Source: a virus
Reading direction: 5' to 3' (one strand)
Length of the DNA: 64,000 bases
IMG/VR virus record: IMGVR_UViG_3300050821_006746
Location: 45,142-109,141 of that record
The notes beneath the pieces were generated by a model. That model saw only the letters and a program-made list of their open reading frames with translations. It was not told the DNA's origin and did not search any database. Both the position numbers and the translations under genes were made by a program. Shown in pieces: positions 31,985-42,530 of the stretch (its first letter is position 1; each line of letters begins with the position of its first letter).

Positions 31985-33512
31985 TGTGGAAATACAACCC
32001 GGTGATACTGTTATCAAGGCTCAAGAAGGACCACAAACCACATTTCTTGAGAATGATGCAGACATTTGTATTTATGGCGGGAGTGCAGGCGGCGGCAAGT
32101 CATGGGCATTGCTGCTTGACGCGCTCTACTATGCTGCACTAGATCCTGTTCCTGGCTTCGGCGCTGTTATTTTTCGTCGCACGTCTCCACAAATTACACA
32201 AGAAGGTGGTTTGTGGGATGAGGCGGCTAAATTGTATCCCCTCGCAGGTGGCATTCCTAAAACAACGCGCCTTGAGTATGTCTGGCCGCGCAATCAAACC
32301 AAAGTGCGCTTTGCCCACATGCAGTATGATAGCGACCGCTTTAACTGGCAGGGCGCACAAATTGCCTATATTGGATTTGATGAGCTTACCCATTTCACCG
32401 AAGAACAGTTCTTTTATATGCCAAGCCGCAACCGTAGCGTTTGTGGCGTTAAACCTCGCATGCGTGGGACCGTCAATCCTGATGCTGACTCATGGGTGAA
32501 ACGTTTCCTTGCTCCTTGGGTAGATGAGGAATGGCCAGTGGAGGATAGGGCGGTGTCTGGTGAGAAGCGCTGGTTTATTCGTGATGGTCGGCAAATTGTT
32601 TGGCTCAAAAAGGGCGAAATGCATCCTGATGCCAAGTCGGTTACGTTTATCAGGGCAAGTGTCTACGATAATAAGATTTTACTCCAGACCAATCCTGAGT
32701 ACCTAACTAACCTCAAGTCATTGCCGCTGATTGAGCGCGAACGTTTGCTTAACGGCAACTGGTCTATTCGTCCTGAAGGTGGTCAGTACTTCAAGAAACA
32801 TTGGTTTCCTGTCCTGAGTGTTCGTCCTGGGGATATCGAAGTAGAATGCCGTTATTGGGATAAAGCCGCTACTGAGATTGTACCGACTAGTAGTAAGAAG
32901 CAAGATCCTGACTATACCGCTTCTGTGCTCCTTGGCAGGCGCAAGGCAGGCGCTTATCCTCGCTACGTGGTGTTAGATGCCACATGGGATAGAAAGTCAC
33001 CAGGCGGCGTTGAGAAGCTTGTTAGACAAGTAGCAGAGCATGACGATGAGTGTTATGCAGACGAACAGGGCGCGTTGATTCACGGTAAATATGTTCGTGT
33101 GTGCATCGAAGAAGAAGCCGGGTCCTCTGGCAAGGATGACACCTATACCTTTGTGACAAAGGTCCTTGACGGGTTTGACGCTCACGGTATACGGGTGACA
33201 GGAAGCAAGGAAGTGCGCGCCAAGGCTCCATCAGCTCAGTCTGAGCAAGGGAACATAGCTCTACTTAAAGCATCGTGGAATGCTGCTTTTCTTGACTTCC
33301 TGGAAGCGTTTCCTAATCCGAAAGTACACGATGATCCTGTTGATGCCTTCGATGGTTCTTATGGCCAACTTAGCGTGTCACGCGTACCATTGGATGGTGA
33401 GCCTGAGATAGCAGAAGCGCAAGTAGAAGTGCCAATCCTGCAAGAAATCATCAAACAACAATCTGATCCATTTGGCTATTTTGATCGATTGCATGGGGAG
33501 GATTGGACGTGA
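31965..33512 (+). CDS. terL: Terminase large subunit
   Basis: Walker A GGSAGGGKS, Walker B IGFDE, nuclease RYWDKAA...DYTA...HDDPVDA. Confidence 0.95.
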   Translation: MITMSPDVEIQPGDTVIKAQEGPQTTFLENDADICIYGGSAGGGKSWALLLDALYYAALDPVPGFGAVIFRRTSPQITQEGGLWDEAAKLYPLAGGIPKTTRLEYVWPRNQTKVRFAHMQYDSDRFNWQGAQIAYIGFDELTHFTEEQFFYMPSRNRSVCGVKPRMRGTVNPDADSWVKRFLAPWVDEEWPVEDRAVSGEKRWFIRDGRQIVWLKKGEMHPDAKSVTFIRASVYDNKILLQTNPEYLTNLKSLPLIERERLLNGNWSIRPEGGQYFKKHWFPVLSVRPGDIEVECRYWDKAATEIVPTSSKKQDPDYTASVLLGRRKAGAYPRYVVLDATWDRKSPGGVEKLVRQVAEHDDECYADEQGALIHGKYVRVCIEEEAGSSGKDDTYTFVTKVLDGFDAHGIRVTGSKEVRAKAPSAQSEQGNIALLKASWNAAFLDFLEAFPNPKVHDDPVDAFDGSYGQLSVSRVPLDGEPEIAEAQVEVPILQEIIKQQSDPFGYFDRLHGEDWT

Positions 33513-34024
33513 ATAACCATCTCTTCCACCACACAAAGCATCCGCATGCCGCTCGCAATGTGAATGAGATTCATGAAAGCCAAATGGGTATAGGGGCAAA
33601 GATTGCCGATGCGGTTACTGGCGTTATGGGGTCGTGGAAATTCATTATCATTCAAACGGTAATTGTCGCTTTCTGGATTACTGCGAATGTGTGGCTCTTA
33701 TCTCATCCCTTTGATCCATTTCCGCTAATTTTACTGAATCTCGTTTTCAGCACACAAGCGGCCTACGCGTCACCACTTATCCTGATGTCTCAAAACAGAC
33801 AGTCTATTAAGGACCGTATCACAGCAGACGAGACGTACAGGAATGCACAAAAGGGTGAAGAGGAAACTCGCGCCGTTATGGAGCATCTGACTTCACAAGA
33901 TACGGAGTTGCTTACGCAGACACGCGAGTTGTTGAAGCAAACTGATCTTCTTGAAGCACAAGCCGCACGAATTGAAAAGTTGCTCAAGCGCATCGATGCT
34001 GCAACAGGAAGAGGCGCGGCATGA
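33509..34024 (+). CDS. DUF1003-family membrane protein
   Basis: IADAVT..MGSWKFII...FDPFPLILLNLVFSTQAAYASPLILMSQNRQ. Confidence 0.9.
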   Translation: MNNHLFHHTKHPHAARNVNEIHESQMGIGAKIADAVTGVMGSWKFIIIQTVIVAFWITANVWLLSHPFDPFPLILLNLVFSTQAAYASPLILMSQNRQSIKDRITADETYRNAQKGEEETRAVMEHLTSQDTELLTQTRELLKQTDLLEAQAARIEKLLKRIDAATGRGAA

Positions 34025-34395
34025 TAGAACCAAACATCGATTTAGCCACGTTCAGGAAGAATCTACGCAATCTGTTGCATTGGAACCTAGATCCGCTCTC
34101 TACTGCTGAGATACTTAAATCTGGTGATGCTTTGCATTGTCCTGAGTGCAAGAAATTGCGATATGTGATGTTCAAAACTGCTACCACCGAAACGCCTTTG
34201 CTCTATTTCGGTGATTATTGCGTGTGTCCATCGCAAGAAGATGTACAAGAGTACGAGCAGGCTCTTGCGCTGGTTCGTGATTTCCCACCGATACGAGAAA
34301 TGGCAGAGGTGGCTGATGATCCAAATGCAGGCATCCTTACCCACGAAAAGATGACGACGTTCTTGGATGATTTGAAAAGTGGGAGGGTTGGCTGA
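34021..34395 (+). CDS. Hypothetical protein
   Basis: Coupled ORF, CPEC...CVC. Confidence 0.55.
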   Translation: MIEPNIDLATFRKNLRNLLHWNLDPLSTAEILKSGDALHCPECKKLRYVMFKTATTETPLLYFGDYCVCPSQEDVQEYEQALALVRDFPPIREMAEVADDPNAGILTHEKMTTFLDDLKSGRVG

Positions 34396-34498
34396 TGAAC
34401 GCTGTTGCCGCTTCTGGACTGGCTATGCTCATCTCTATGGCGTTTGTGTGCGGGATTGTGGCGTATTTGATACGGGATACGGTTGTGGAGGGGAATAA

Positions 34499-35077
34499 GT
34501 GATGGTTGCATTAGCGAAGCCTTTTGTTAGAACATCAACAAGCAATGAGTGGTACACGCCTTTCCAATATGTAGAGGCTGCTAGGTTGCTTATGGGCACA
34601 ATAGACCTCGATCCTGCCAGCAGTTCAGATGCCAATATGACTATCAGGGCTACGGTTTACTATGACGCTCAGGCCAATGGCCTGAGCGTCCCGTGGAGTG
34701 GCAGGGTGTGGCTCAATCCACCCTACGGCACAACAAATGGGCAAAGCAATCAGGGAATTTGGACACGACGCTGTATCTATGAGTATCAAGTCGGCAATGT
34801 AAAAGAAGCCATTTTGCTTATCACGGCAGCAACGGATATGAAGTGGTTTCAAGTGCTTTGGAACTACCCACTTTGTTTTGTCGATCATGGGATTTACTTC
34901 TATCGTCCTCAAGAAAATGACGAAATGAAGCATGGGCAAGGTTCTTGTGTTGCCTATTTGGGACATCAAGAAGGGCGTTTTACTGATATCTTTCGCAAGT
35001 TTGGCCCAATCATGCGCCGTGTCGATAAGCCTTGTGAGATTGCACCTCTCAGTTTATGGGAGGTGAGCAATGTCTAG
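34499..35077 (+). CDS. Phage DNA N6-adenine methyltransferase (Dam-like family), copy 2
   Basis: NEWYTP, IDLDPAS, WLNPPYG. Confidence 0.9.
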   Translation: MMVALAKPFVRTSTSNEWYTPFQYVEAARLLMGTIDLDPASSSDANMTIRATVYYDAQANGLSVPWSGRVWLNPPYGTTNGQSNQGIWTRRCIYEYQVGNVKEAILLITAATDMKWFQVLWNYPLCFVDHGIYFYRPQENDEMKHGQGSCVAYLGHQEGRFTDIFRKFGPIMRRVDKPCEIAPLSLWEVSNV

Positions 35078-36791
35078 ACGCTACTCCTCTGCACAAAAAC
35101 AGGCTCAGGTATTACGTCGTCGTGTTGAGCGCCAAGAGAAAGTTAACCCTTTGTACGCGGGATATTCTGTAATATCTGATATGTCGCAACCGCGTACTAT
35201 GTCTCGTGATATACGAACTTACATCAATGAAGGTTACTGTGGCAATGATACCCTTAACAAAGTAATCGGGTATGGTATAACAAATGGTGCGGCTATACCT
35301 CCTGTGCTCTTTACAGACCGAACGATGAAAAAGCGGATTAATAATCATCCAATCCTCGATAAATTGGAAAATCCAAACTCTGAGATGGATGGTGTGTTTT
35401 ATCGAGAGTGTGTGCTTGGCTGGTTTCTGCTTGCAGGATCTAGTTTTATGTATATCAATCGTGTTGCCAAAGCAGGCCCACCCGATGAAATGTGGGTGCT
35501 TGAGTCAAACAAGGTCAAACCAATCCCTGATGAGAAGCGCGGCATTACAGGCTACGAGTATGCTGATTTTCCTGCTGAGAAAAACCCGATCAAGCCAAAT
35601 CTTATTGGTCATATGCGCAATTGGAATCCGCGAGATCCTTTCTTTGGCTTGTCTCCAATCACTGTAGCGGCAATTCTTGTTGACCAACAATCAGCAATCA
35701 GGAAGTGGAATTTAGCGCTCTTACAGAACTTTGCAAAGCCTCCTGGTGCGTGGGTAACTGATGCTATTCTTGCTCCAAACGATAGGGCAAAACTTGAGGC
35801 AAGAGTCAATGAGAAGTTAACCGGATTTCGCAACGCCGGTAAGACGCCAGTGCTAGACGGCGCTCTCAAGTGGATGCCATCGGCGGTTTCGCCCGCTGAT
35901 ATGGATTGGTTAGAGAGCACTAAGTACAATGCTGGTGCTATTGCAAATGTTTTTAACATGCCGCCCCAATTAATTGGTGATACATCATCCACAACATTTG
36001 ATAACATGCAGGAAGCCAAAGCCGCAAGTTACACAGAATACATTTTCCCGATGCTGGATAAAGAATACAGCACATTGCGTCGTTGGCTTGTGCCTATGTA
36101 CCCTGATCTGTGCGATAGAAGCGGCAAGCCAGTTGCTTATCTCTACTATGACAAAGAGAGTGTTGAGGTAGTCCAGGCTGTTATACAAGCACGTAAAACC
36201 GCTGCTTCCCAAAGGGCCAATCAGTCATGGTCACAAGGCGCGGCGTCCTCCTGTACGCTCAATGAAGCCAGAGAGATGCAAGGATTGCCGCCTGATCCTC
36301 AAGGCGATATCTACCGTATTGGCGGTGTGTACGTGCGAAAAACCGATCTGGACAAATACGCAGAGCAATCACTGACAGTTCCCGCAGCGCCGCCTATGCC
36401 TATCCCTGAGCCAATCGAGGATACTGGCAATCCGAGCAACCCAAGTAACCCGAATAATACACAAGACGACACGCAACCTGCGAACGGCACAAAGCCGACG
36501 CCTGGAAAGAAGCCCAATGCAACTAATCCTGGCGATAGCAATAGCGGTAATAGCAAGCCTGGCAATAAGCCTGCCGCTAAACCTGCTAGTAAGCCGAAGA
36601 GTCGTGAGATCGGAGATCCAGAAGCACTTGATCTTACGAGCAAGCAGGATAAGGACACCAACCGAGCGGTGGAAGTCGAGAGAGAGCGATGGACCGACGA
36701 CGCTTCCGAGCGCATAGACGTGGGAAGCAATGATGAGAAGCGTATCAAGCGAGAAAATTATAGAAAATTTATGGATGAGGTATTAGTATGA
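35070..36791 (+). CDS. Portal protein (HK97 family) with low-complexity C-terminal extension
   Basis: HPILDKLENPN, GLSPI, PGA..., IANVFNMPPQLIG, TLNEAREMQGLPP. Confidence 0.93.
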   Translation: MSRRYSSAQKQAQVLRRRVERQEKVNPLYAGYSVISDMSQPRTMSRDIRTYINEGYCGNDTLNKVIGYGITNGAAIPPVLFTDRTMKKRINNHPILDKLENPNSEMDGVFYRECVLGWFLLAGSSFMYINRVAKAGPPDEMWVLESNKVKPIPDEKRGITGYEYADFPAEKNPIKPNLIGHMRNWNPRDPFFGLSPITVAAILVDQQSAIRKWNLALLQNFAKPPGAWVTDAILAPNDRAKLEARVNEKLTGFRNAGKTPVLDGALKWMPSAVSPADMDWLESTKYNAGAIANVFNMPPQLIGDTSSTTFDNMQEAKAASYTEYIFPMLDKEYSTLRRWLVPMYPDLCDRSGKPVAYLYYDKESVEVVQAVIQARKTAASQRANQSWSQGAASSCTLNEAREMQGLPPDPQGDIYRIGGVYVRKTDLDKYAEQSLTVPAAPPMPIPEPIEDTGNPSNPSNPNNTQDDTQPANGTKPTPGKKPNATNPGDSNSGNSKPGNKPAAKPASKPKSREIGDPEALDLTSKQDKDTNRAVEVERERWTDDASERIDVGSNDEKRIKRENYRKFMDEVLV

Positions 36792-37174
36792 AGACGAATG
36801 CAGAGCTTTTTAATAGAGCAACGCATGCAGGCTATGACTATAAAAAAGTCTTTGGCGTATATCCCGAAAAGATTGGCATTGCATATGACCGCATGAAGCA
36901 CTTTCTCTATACAAGTGTTAATTTTCCTGAAATGGAAGATGCCACGATTGCATCCTTTTCTCTTGTTGACGAGAATTGGCCAACTGTCGGATTCCATACA
37001 GTCCCTTTTGTTCCTATTCTGGGAGATACCATTGATCCCGATGAAGTCTATCTGCCAGATCCGAAAATGGGCGACAAAGCTTTTAGTGGTTTGGCGCTTT
37101 GTCGCATGGTTGAGACAAATGGGGCTTTCTATGAAATGATGCTTTATCAAATGGCAAGAGAGGTATTGGTATGA
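36788..37174 (+). CDS. Hypothetical protein
   Basis: Coupled ORF between portal and protease. Confidence 0.6.
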   Translation: MKTNAELFNRATHAGYDYKKVFGVYPEKIGIAYDRMKHFLYTSVNFPEMEDATIASFSLVDENWPTVGFHTVPFVPILGDTIDPDEVYLPDPKMGDKAFSGLALCRMVETNGAFYEMMLYQMAREVLV

Positions 37175-37710
37175 GCATATTAAGATTCGTAAAGTGTGAA
37201 ATGTGCAAAAATACATTTCAATTGCCATTGGTATCATCTCTTGCCCCCTACGAGTTACCCGCTCTTTGGCTAACTCTTTACGAAGGCAACTCAGCAAATC
37301 ATGAAGGTAAGCATTTTTGCTCTGAGGAATGCCTGCGGCAATATTTTCAGATAGCGACTATGCCGCAAAAAACAGAGCTACCGTCGCTTGACGAAGATGA
37401 CGACCTACCACCAGATGAGTTCTTGCCATTCAGAGGCAAGTGTTTGCCTGATGGTCGCGTTGTGTCTTTGGCTGATGGGGCTATTTATATTCCAGAGCCA
37501 CAAGAGAATCCAGATTGCAAGGCGCGGCGCTTCCTTCTTGCAGATGGTGAGACAGCGGAGTTTACCGATGGTGTGAAGTGGGGCGATGGGAAGGTTTCCA
37601 TTGAAGCAAAAAATCAGAATGAAATATGGACATACGATGCATGGGATGATTTGAAAAAAGCGAATCAAGGCTCTGGCGTGCAATGGATCGATCAGGAGGT
37701 GAGCAAGTGA
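37171..37710 (+). CDS. Hypothetical Zn-binding protein
   Basis: CEMC...HFCSEECL. Confidence 0.6.
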   Translation: MSILRFVKCEMCKNTFQLPLVSSLAPYELPALWLTLYEGNSANHEGKHFCSEECLRQYFQIATMPQKTELPSLDEDDDLPPDEFLPFRGKCLPDGRVVSLADGAIYIPEPQENPDCKARRFLLADGETAEFTDGVKWGDGKVSIEAKNQNEIWTYDAWDDLKKANQGSGVQWIDQEVSK

Positions 37711-38198
37711 GTATGCCGCCTAGTAAGATTGATATCTACATCGATGGGCAAAAACTTACCTACGGTTTGTTGCTTGATAAGCCGCAAGAGGGACGCCGCG
37801 CCATTTTCTTGCTTGCTCAAAGTTATGGTAAGCATGAGCATCATAGCGTTGCTGATTTGGAATGCGGGAATATTGCCAGGGTTTTGGATGGACGCCAGAC
37901 AGCATTGAGAGAAGCTGCTGCTAATCGCTTTCCTGAAGATCCACGATCTACAAGAATACATGCTTTGCATTATAAGGCTGTAGAGAAAACACCAAACTAT
38001 CTTGCATGGAAATATGTGTGGCGAAATATCCAGCAAAAGCATATAGATTGGCTCTATCAATTGCGTGGTTGCGGCTTTATCAGTGGGCTTATTGTTGACT
38101 ACGATTCTGAGTATCAAGGTGACATCATCCCACCTGGTCAAATGGCGATTGTTGGCGAAGCTGGTAACGATGAAATCGTGTATGGAGGTACTGAGTGA
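37707..38198 (+). CDS. Hypothetical protein ending in a tape-measure-like motif
   Basis: C-terminal AIVGEAGNDEIVY. Confidence 0.6.
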   Translation: MSMPPSKIDIYIDGQKLTYGLLLDKPQEGRRAIFLLAQSYGKHEHHSVADLECGNIARVLDGRQTALREAAANRFPEDPRSTRIHALHYKAVEKTPNYLAWKYVWRNIQQKHIDWLYQLRGCGFISGLIVDYDSEYQGDIIPPGQMAIVGEAGNDEIVYGGTE

Positions 38199-39907
38199 GC
38201 AACAGTTTGACAGCAACACAGAATAACAAATCTATTCGAGAAGAAAAGACGATCCAATTTAAGATTGAAGCCAAAGGCATTTCCACAAATGCGCAAGGGC
38301 AACAGGTTGGCAAGATAGAAGCATTTGGGGCAATGTACAACAACGTTGACGATGGGGGAGATAAGATCTTGCCGACAGCTTTCTCTCGCACTGTCAAAAA
38401 TAGCAAAACGCGTGCCGAATCGAGAAACAAGCCCTACTTGCTCAAGATGTTGTGGCAGCATAAAACCGATGAGGTTATTGGCGGCTGGTATGATGTCGAT
38501 CCTAACGATCCCGAAGGGCTGCGCTGCAAGGGAGATATTTTGCTTTCTACCCAGCGAGGGCAAGAGTATTACGATCTGGCAATTGCCGAAATGATGGATG
38601 AGTTTTCAATCATCTATGAAGTAATGCCTGGTGGTTCTACCTGGACCAAAGATGGTGTGCGCGAATTGTCTGAATTACGCCTTTTCTCTGTAGATCCTGT
38701 TACCTGGGGCATGAACGACAAAACATACACGGTTGGTATTAAATCAATGGATACAGAGCAAAAAACCGCATGTGGCAGTACATCCGGTCCAATCGGGCCA
38801 CGTGACGAATCGTGGAGTGGGAGCGCCGCCGAAAAGTGGATATGGGGCAAGGCACTAGGCGATGACGACAAAGTAAAATCTGCCATTGCCAAGAAATACT
38901 TCATGAAACTTGACGGAGATCCAACGCTTAAAGGCTCATACGGGTATCCATTTTGGATCAACGACCATATCAGCGTTGGTGGCGTTAAGGCAGTTGCGGG
39001 CGCTCTCTCAGGTGCCAGAAACGCCGATGCTGGTGGGGATACAGCAGGCATGAAGAAGAAAGTGGAAACACTTTATCGGCGCATAAATTCTAAGTATCCC
39101 GAAGCAGATCCGCTTACGCCGCCGTGGAAAGACGACGATGGTAAGTCTGGAGGAAGAGATATGCAACTTAAGACTCTCATGGAGCACTACAATCAGCAAA
39201 TGGCCTGTGATTTGCTGAGGGACTGGTCAGATGTTTACCTGGCTTCACTTACTCAGGCTATCTTTGACGCCTTTACCGTTGGGGATGTCGATAGCGATGT
39301 ATCACAGGCGCTTGACGACTTCAAGGCGCTCATTTTGGGTAAGTTTGTGCAGCAAGCAGAAGACGTGGATCTATGCGGCTATCTTGCCGACAACTCCTAT
39401 TCCTATACACCTGGTCTATCTGCCATGCAGAATGGCTCAGGAGGTTATGGATACATGTCTCGTTCTAGCCAGATGGACCAGAAGGCAGGTAAGCCAATCA
39501 GCGCCGCCAATCAGAAGATCATTGATGACCATGTGAAGGCTATGAAGTCTATGGCGAAACAAGCCAAAGCTGATATGCAAACGCATGTCGATTCAATGAA
39601 CGATACCGTTGACAGTATGTCTGGTAGCAGTAGCGATAGTGGCAAATCTCTTGGCACTCTTGCCCAAAAAGCAGGACGCCCCTTGAGTGCAACTAACGCT
39701 AATGCACTGCACGATATGGCTGATAAGGCTATGTCGATTATGCAGGATCACACGAAGGCACTCAGCAAAGCCGCCAATGGATTAGCTGATGCTGTGACGC
39801 CACCTGTGAGTGATACCGATGGTGAAGATCCTATGGATGACCAGGATGAACAGGTAGAAAAGAGCCTGAGAGATGGCTTGCTAGAACTCAAGGCACTCTC
39901 AGCATAG
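38195..39907 (+). CDS. HK97-family prohead protease with long C-terminal extension
   Basis: NNVDDGGDKI..AF, MLWQH...IG, FSIIY, LFSVDPVTWGMN. Confidence 0.9.
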   Translation: MSNSLTATQNNKSIREEKTIQFKIEAKGISTNAQGQQVGKIEAFGAMYNNVDDGGDKILPTAFSRTVKNSKTRAESRNKPYLLKMLWQHKTDEVIGGWYDVDPNDPEGLRCKGDILLSTQRGQEYYDLAIAEMMDEFSIIYEVMPGGSTWTKDGVRELSELRLFSVDPVTWGMNDKTYTVGIKSMDTEQKTACGSTSGPIGPRDESWSGSAAEKWIWGKALGDDDKVKSAIAKKYFMKLDGDPTLKGSYGYPFWINDHISVGGVKAVAGALSGARNADAGGDTAGMKKKVETLYRRINSKYPEADPLTPPWKDDDGKSGGRDMQLKTLMEHYNQQMACDLLRDWSDVYLASLTQAIFDAFTVGDVDSDVSQALDDFKALILGKFVQQAEDVDLCGYLADNSYSYTPGLSAMQNGSGGYGYMSRSSQMDQKAGKPISAANQKIIDDHVKAMKSMAKQAKADMQTHVDSMNDTVDSMSGSSSDSGKSLGTLAQKAGRPLSATNANALHDMADKAMSIMQDHTKALSKAANGLADAVTPPVSDTDGEDPMDDQDEQVEKSLRDGLLELKALSA

Positions 39908-40076
39908 AAATAACAAACAGACAGAAGGAACCACAGACAGCGTTCTGAAGTTCGCCCGTGAGTGTCCGCGCAATACTCACACCGAGCAAAGTACACCCGC
40001 CTGAGAAGCACTGTACAGAGAAGATCGACTGCACTACGTACCGGAGTCGCATGAAAAACGACAAAGGACTAAGTAC

Positions 40077-41396
40077 ATGTCAGTTTCAGCTTTAGAAGTT
40101 AAAGAGTTGGTGGACGAGACGAAATCTCTCCACGCAAAACTCATGCAGCGTGTGGATGAATCCGACAAAGAGCGGAAAGAAGCACACGAAAGCCTGACCA
40201 GTCAGACCGCCAAGATGTTTGGCGAAGCAACGGCAACCATCGAGCGCATTAACGCTGAGTTTGCCAAGTTGCAGGAAAAGTACGATGCACTTGACCGTGA
40301 GCGCAAAGAGGCACAACTTGCCGCTAATCGCCCACCGTTCCACGGAGTCGAGTTTGGCAAGAAGCAGCGATCCGATGCCCACAAGGCATGGATGAAGGCT
40401 ATCAAGACTCGTGACAACGGCCTTCACCTGACATCAGAAGAGAAGTCGCTGATTATCCCTGCCTACATGCCAATGGAGCAGAAAGCTCTGTACGCTGCCG
40501 ACGCGACCACAGGTGGCTACTTTGCTGCTACGGATTTCTTGGACGAACTGCTCGCCTATCGCTTGCTGATCTCGCCTATGCGCTCGATTTGCCGTGTGCA
40601 GGCTACTTCGGGTGAAAAGGTTCAGATGCCCTCTCTGGCAAACGATACCACGGTCTTCTGGGCTGCTGAGCAAGCGGCGTTCCAGAACTCGCAAGATCCA
40701 TCCACGAGCATGGTTGAGATCCCTGTGCATGAGATCCGTGCATTACTCAAAATCTCTCAGCAGAACTTGGAAGATAGCCAGTTCAATCTGGAAGATTTTA
40801 TGAAACAAAGGATGATGCTCGGTTTCGCAAAAAAAGAAGGTTCTGCATTTGTTGCTGGTAGCGGCAATGGACAGCCCCAAGGCATCATGACCTTCCCGAC
40901 GAAGGCTACTACATCCTACGCAGGTGGAAGTGCTGGTAAAAACAATGTTACCGATGCTATCCCATACGTGCTTTCTGGCGGCGCTGCTGGCAACATCATT
41001 CAGGAAGACATCACCAATGTGCTGATGGACCTGAAAGCCGATTACGACAACGCCAACACGGCATACATCTTCACTCGTGGAACACTCAACACGATCAGAC
41101 TCTTCAAGGACTCCATCGGTCGTCCTCTGTGGATTCCCTTTGGCGCTGATGTCCCCTCCACGGTTAACAATCGCAAATATGTCGAGATGCCTGATATGCC
41201 TGAAATTGCGAGCGGAAACTTCCCAATTGCGGTTGGCGATTTCAGCAACTACATGATCGTTGATCGTGTGAACCTGGCTATTCGCGAGCTTGACGAGTTG
41301 TTTGCTGTTTCCGGTCTCGTAGGCTTTATTGCCCGTATGCGAGTTGGCGGCCAATGCTTGCTTCCCGAAAGTTTTCGTGAGCTTAAAATCAACTAG
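40077..41396 (+). CDS. Major capsid protein (HK97 fold, N-terminal delta/scaffold domain)
   Basis: Coiled-coil N-terminus, GGYF, GSGNGQPQGI, KDSIGRPLW, GDFSNY, RVGG. Confidence 0.95.
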   Translation: MSVSALEVKELVDETKSLHAKLMQRVDESDKERKEAHESLTSQTAKMFGEATATIERINAEFAKLQEKYDALDRERKEAQLAANRPPFHGVEFGKKQRSDAHKAWMKAIKTRDNGLHLTSEEKSLIIPAYMPMEQKALYAADATTGGYFAATDFLDELLAYRLLISPMRSICRVQATSGEKVQMPSLANDTTVFWAAEQAAFQNSQDPSTSMVEIPVHEIRALLKISQQNLEDSQFNLEDFMKQRMMLGFAKKEGSAFVAGSGNGQPQGIMTFPTKATTSYAGGSAGKNNVTDAIPYVLSGGAAGNIIQEDITNVLMDLKADYDNANTAYIFTRGTLNTIRLFKDSIGRPLWIPFGADVPSTVNNRKYVEMPDMPEIASGNFPIAVGDFSNYMIVDRVNLAIRELDELFAVSGLVGFIARMRVGGQCLLPESFRELKIN

Positions 41397-41422
41397 TGTA
41401 AAAGTACATAGGAGATAAATAA

Positions 41423-41941
41423 ATGCGTGATATTGTATCTGAGGTTGGTACGTTTTACACAGGCTTAACGGCTTGCCCGACCATCTCTAGCACACAGACA
41501 TCCGCTGGCGTGGCGTTGTCAGGCTTCGATGGAGCTATGGTTTATATCCTCAATCCCACGGCCACGAGCGCTGGTACCATGACACCTGTTATCCAGGTCA
41601 CAAACGACAACGCGGGATCGCCAAACTCGTCTAACTGGACAAACGTCGCTGCTACTGACCTTGTATGCTGGAACGCTACGAGCAACAGCGTCTACACGCC
41701 GGCTAAGGTCAATGATGCTAATGGCTTGCCTACTGGCAACAGTCAGCCTACGGTACTCAATTCCAGTACAGCGATTAACCAGCGTATTGGCTACATTGGC
41801 ACGAACTTTACCACAGGCGGTGGTACCACCCTCGAAGCTGATTGGATTCGCGTTGTGTCTACCGTCGCATCGTCCTGGTCGGCGCCGTATGACGTGATTA
41901 TCTGCCTGGGACGTGCTCGTGTGAAGCCTAGTGCGGTATAG
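41423..41941 (+). CDS. Putative capsid decoration/structural protein
   Basis: Directly after capsid gene; S/T-rich beta-type composition. Confidence 0.55.
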   Translation: MRDIVSEVGTFYTGLTACPTISSTQTSAGVALSGFDGAMVYILNPTATSAGTMTPVIQVTNDNAGSPNSSNWTNVAATDLVCWNATSNSVYTPAKVNDANGLPTGNSQPTVLNSSTAINQRIGYIGTNFTTGGGTTLEADWIRVVSTVASSWSAPYDVIICLGRARVKPSAV

Positions 41942-41958
41942 AGAAGGAGCAATAAATC

Positions 41959-42519
41959 ATGGCTTATCCTACTGTTCCTACTCAGCCGTCGTTGCAATCC
42001 GCGCCGCTTGATGGACAAAAAGCGACCTATTCGGCATCTGCGCTCAAGCTTGGTGTTGCAACGGGCGCGAATGTGGTTTTTACGCTGACAGGTAGCGCTA
42101 CGAAAACCGTTCGTGTCACGCGCATTGAGATGTCAGGCACATGTGCGACTACTGCCAAAGACATCAACTTTTTCATTGCAAAGTACTCAACTGCTGCTAC
42201 AGGCGGCACTACTGGTACTGCTCCAACGATTGCGCCTCACGACGCCAATAGTGCGGCGGCATCGGCGGCGGTTGCTGTTTACACAGCCGATCCTACCGCT
42301 GGTACATCTGTCGGAACTATCCGCTCAGGCAACCTGTTTATGGCGGTTACTGGAGGCACTGTTGCAACTGGCATGTATGCCGCTAACTTTGGTGATCGCC
42401 CATCACAAGATCTCGTGTTGCGCGGCATTGCTCAGCAGCTCGCTATCAGTCTTAATGGCGAAAATACTGCTACATCGGTCATGGATATAGTGGTTGAATG
42501 GGTAGAAGACAATAGCTAA
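41959..42519 (+). CDS. Putative virion structural protein
   Basis: A/T/G-rich, strong RBS, head region. Confidence 0.55.
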   Translation: MAYPTVPTQPSLQSAPLDGQKATYSASALKLGVATGANVVFTLTGSATKTVRVTRIEMSGTCATTAKDINFFIAKYSTAATGGTTGTAPTIAPHDANSAAASAAVAVYTADPTAGTSVGTIRSGNLFMAVTGGTVATGMYAANFGDRPSQDLVLRGIAQQLAISLNGENTATSVMDIVVEWVEDNS

Positions 42520-42530
42520 ATGAACGCTGT

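Noticed and set aside
36620-36791. Portal C-terminus as a remnant of a MuF head morphogenesis domain
   Set aside because: Resemblance too weak to support without a search
40743-41354. 203-aa minus-strand ORF
   Set aside because: Shadow of the major capsid gene
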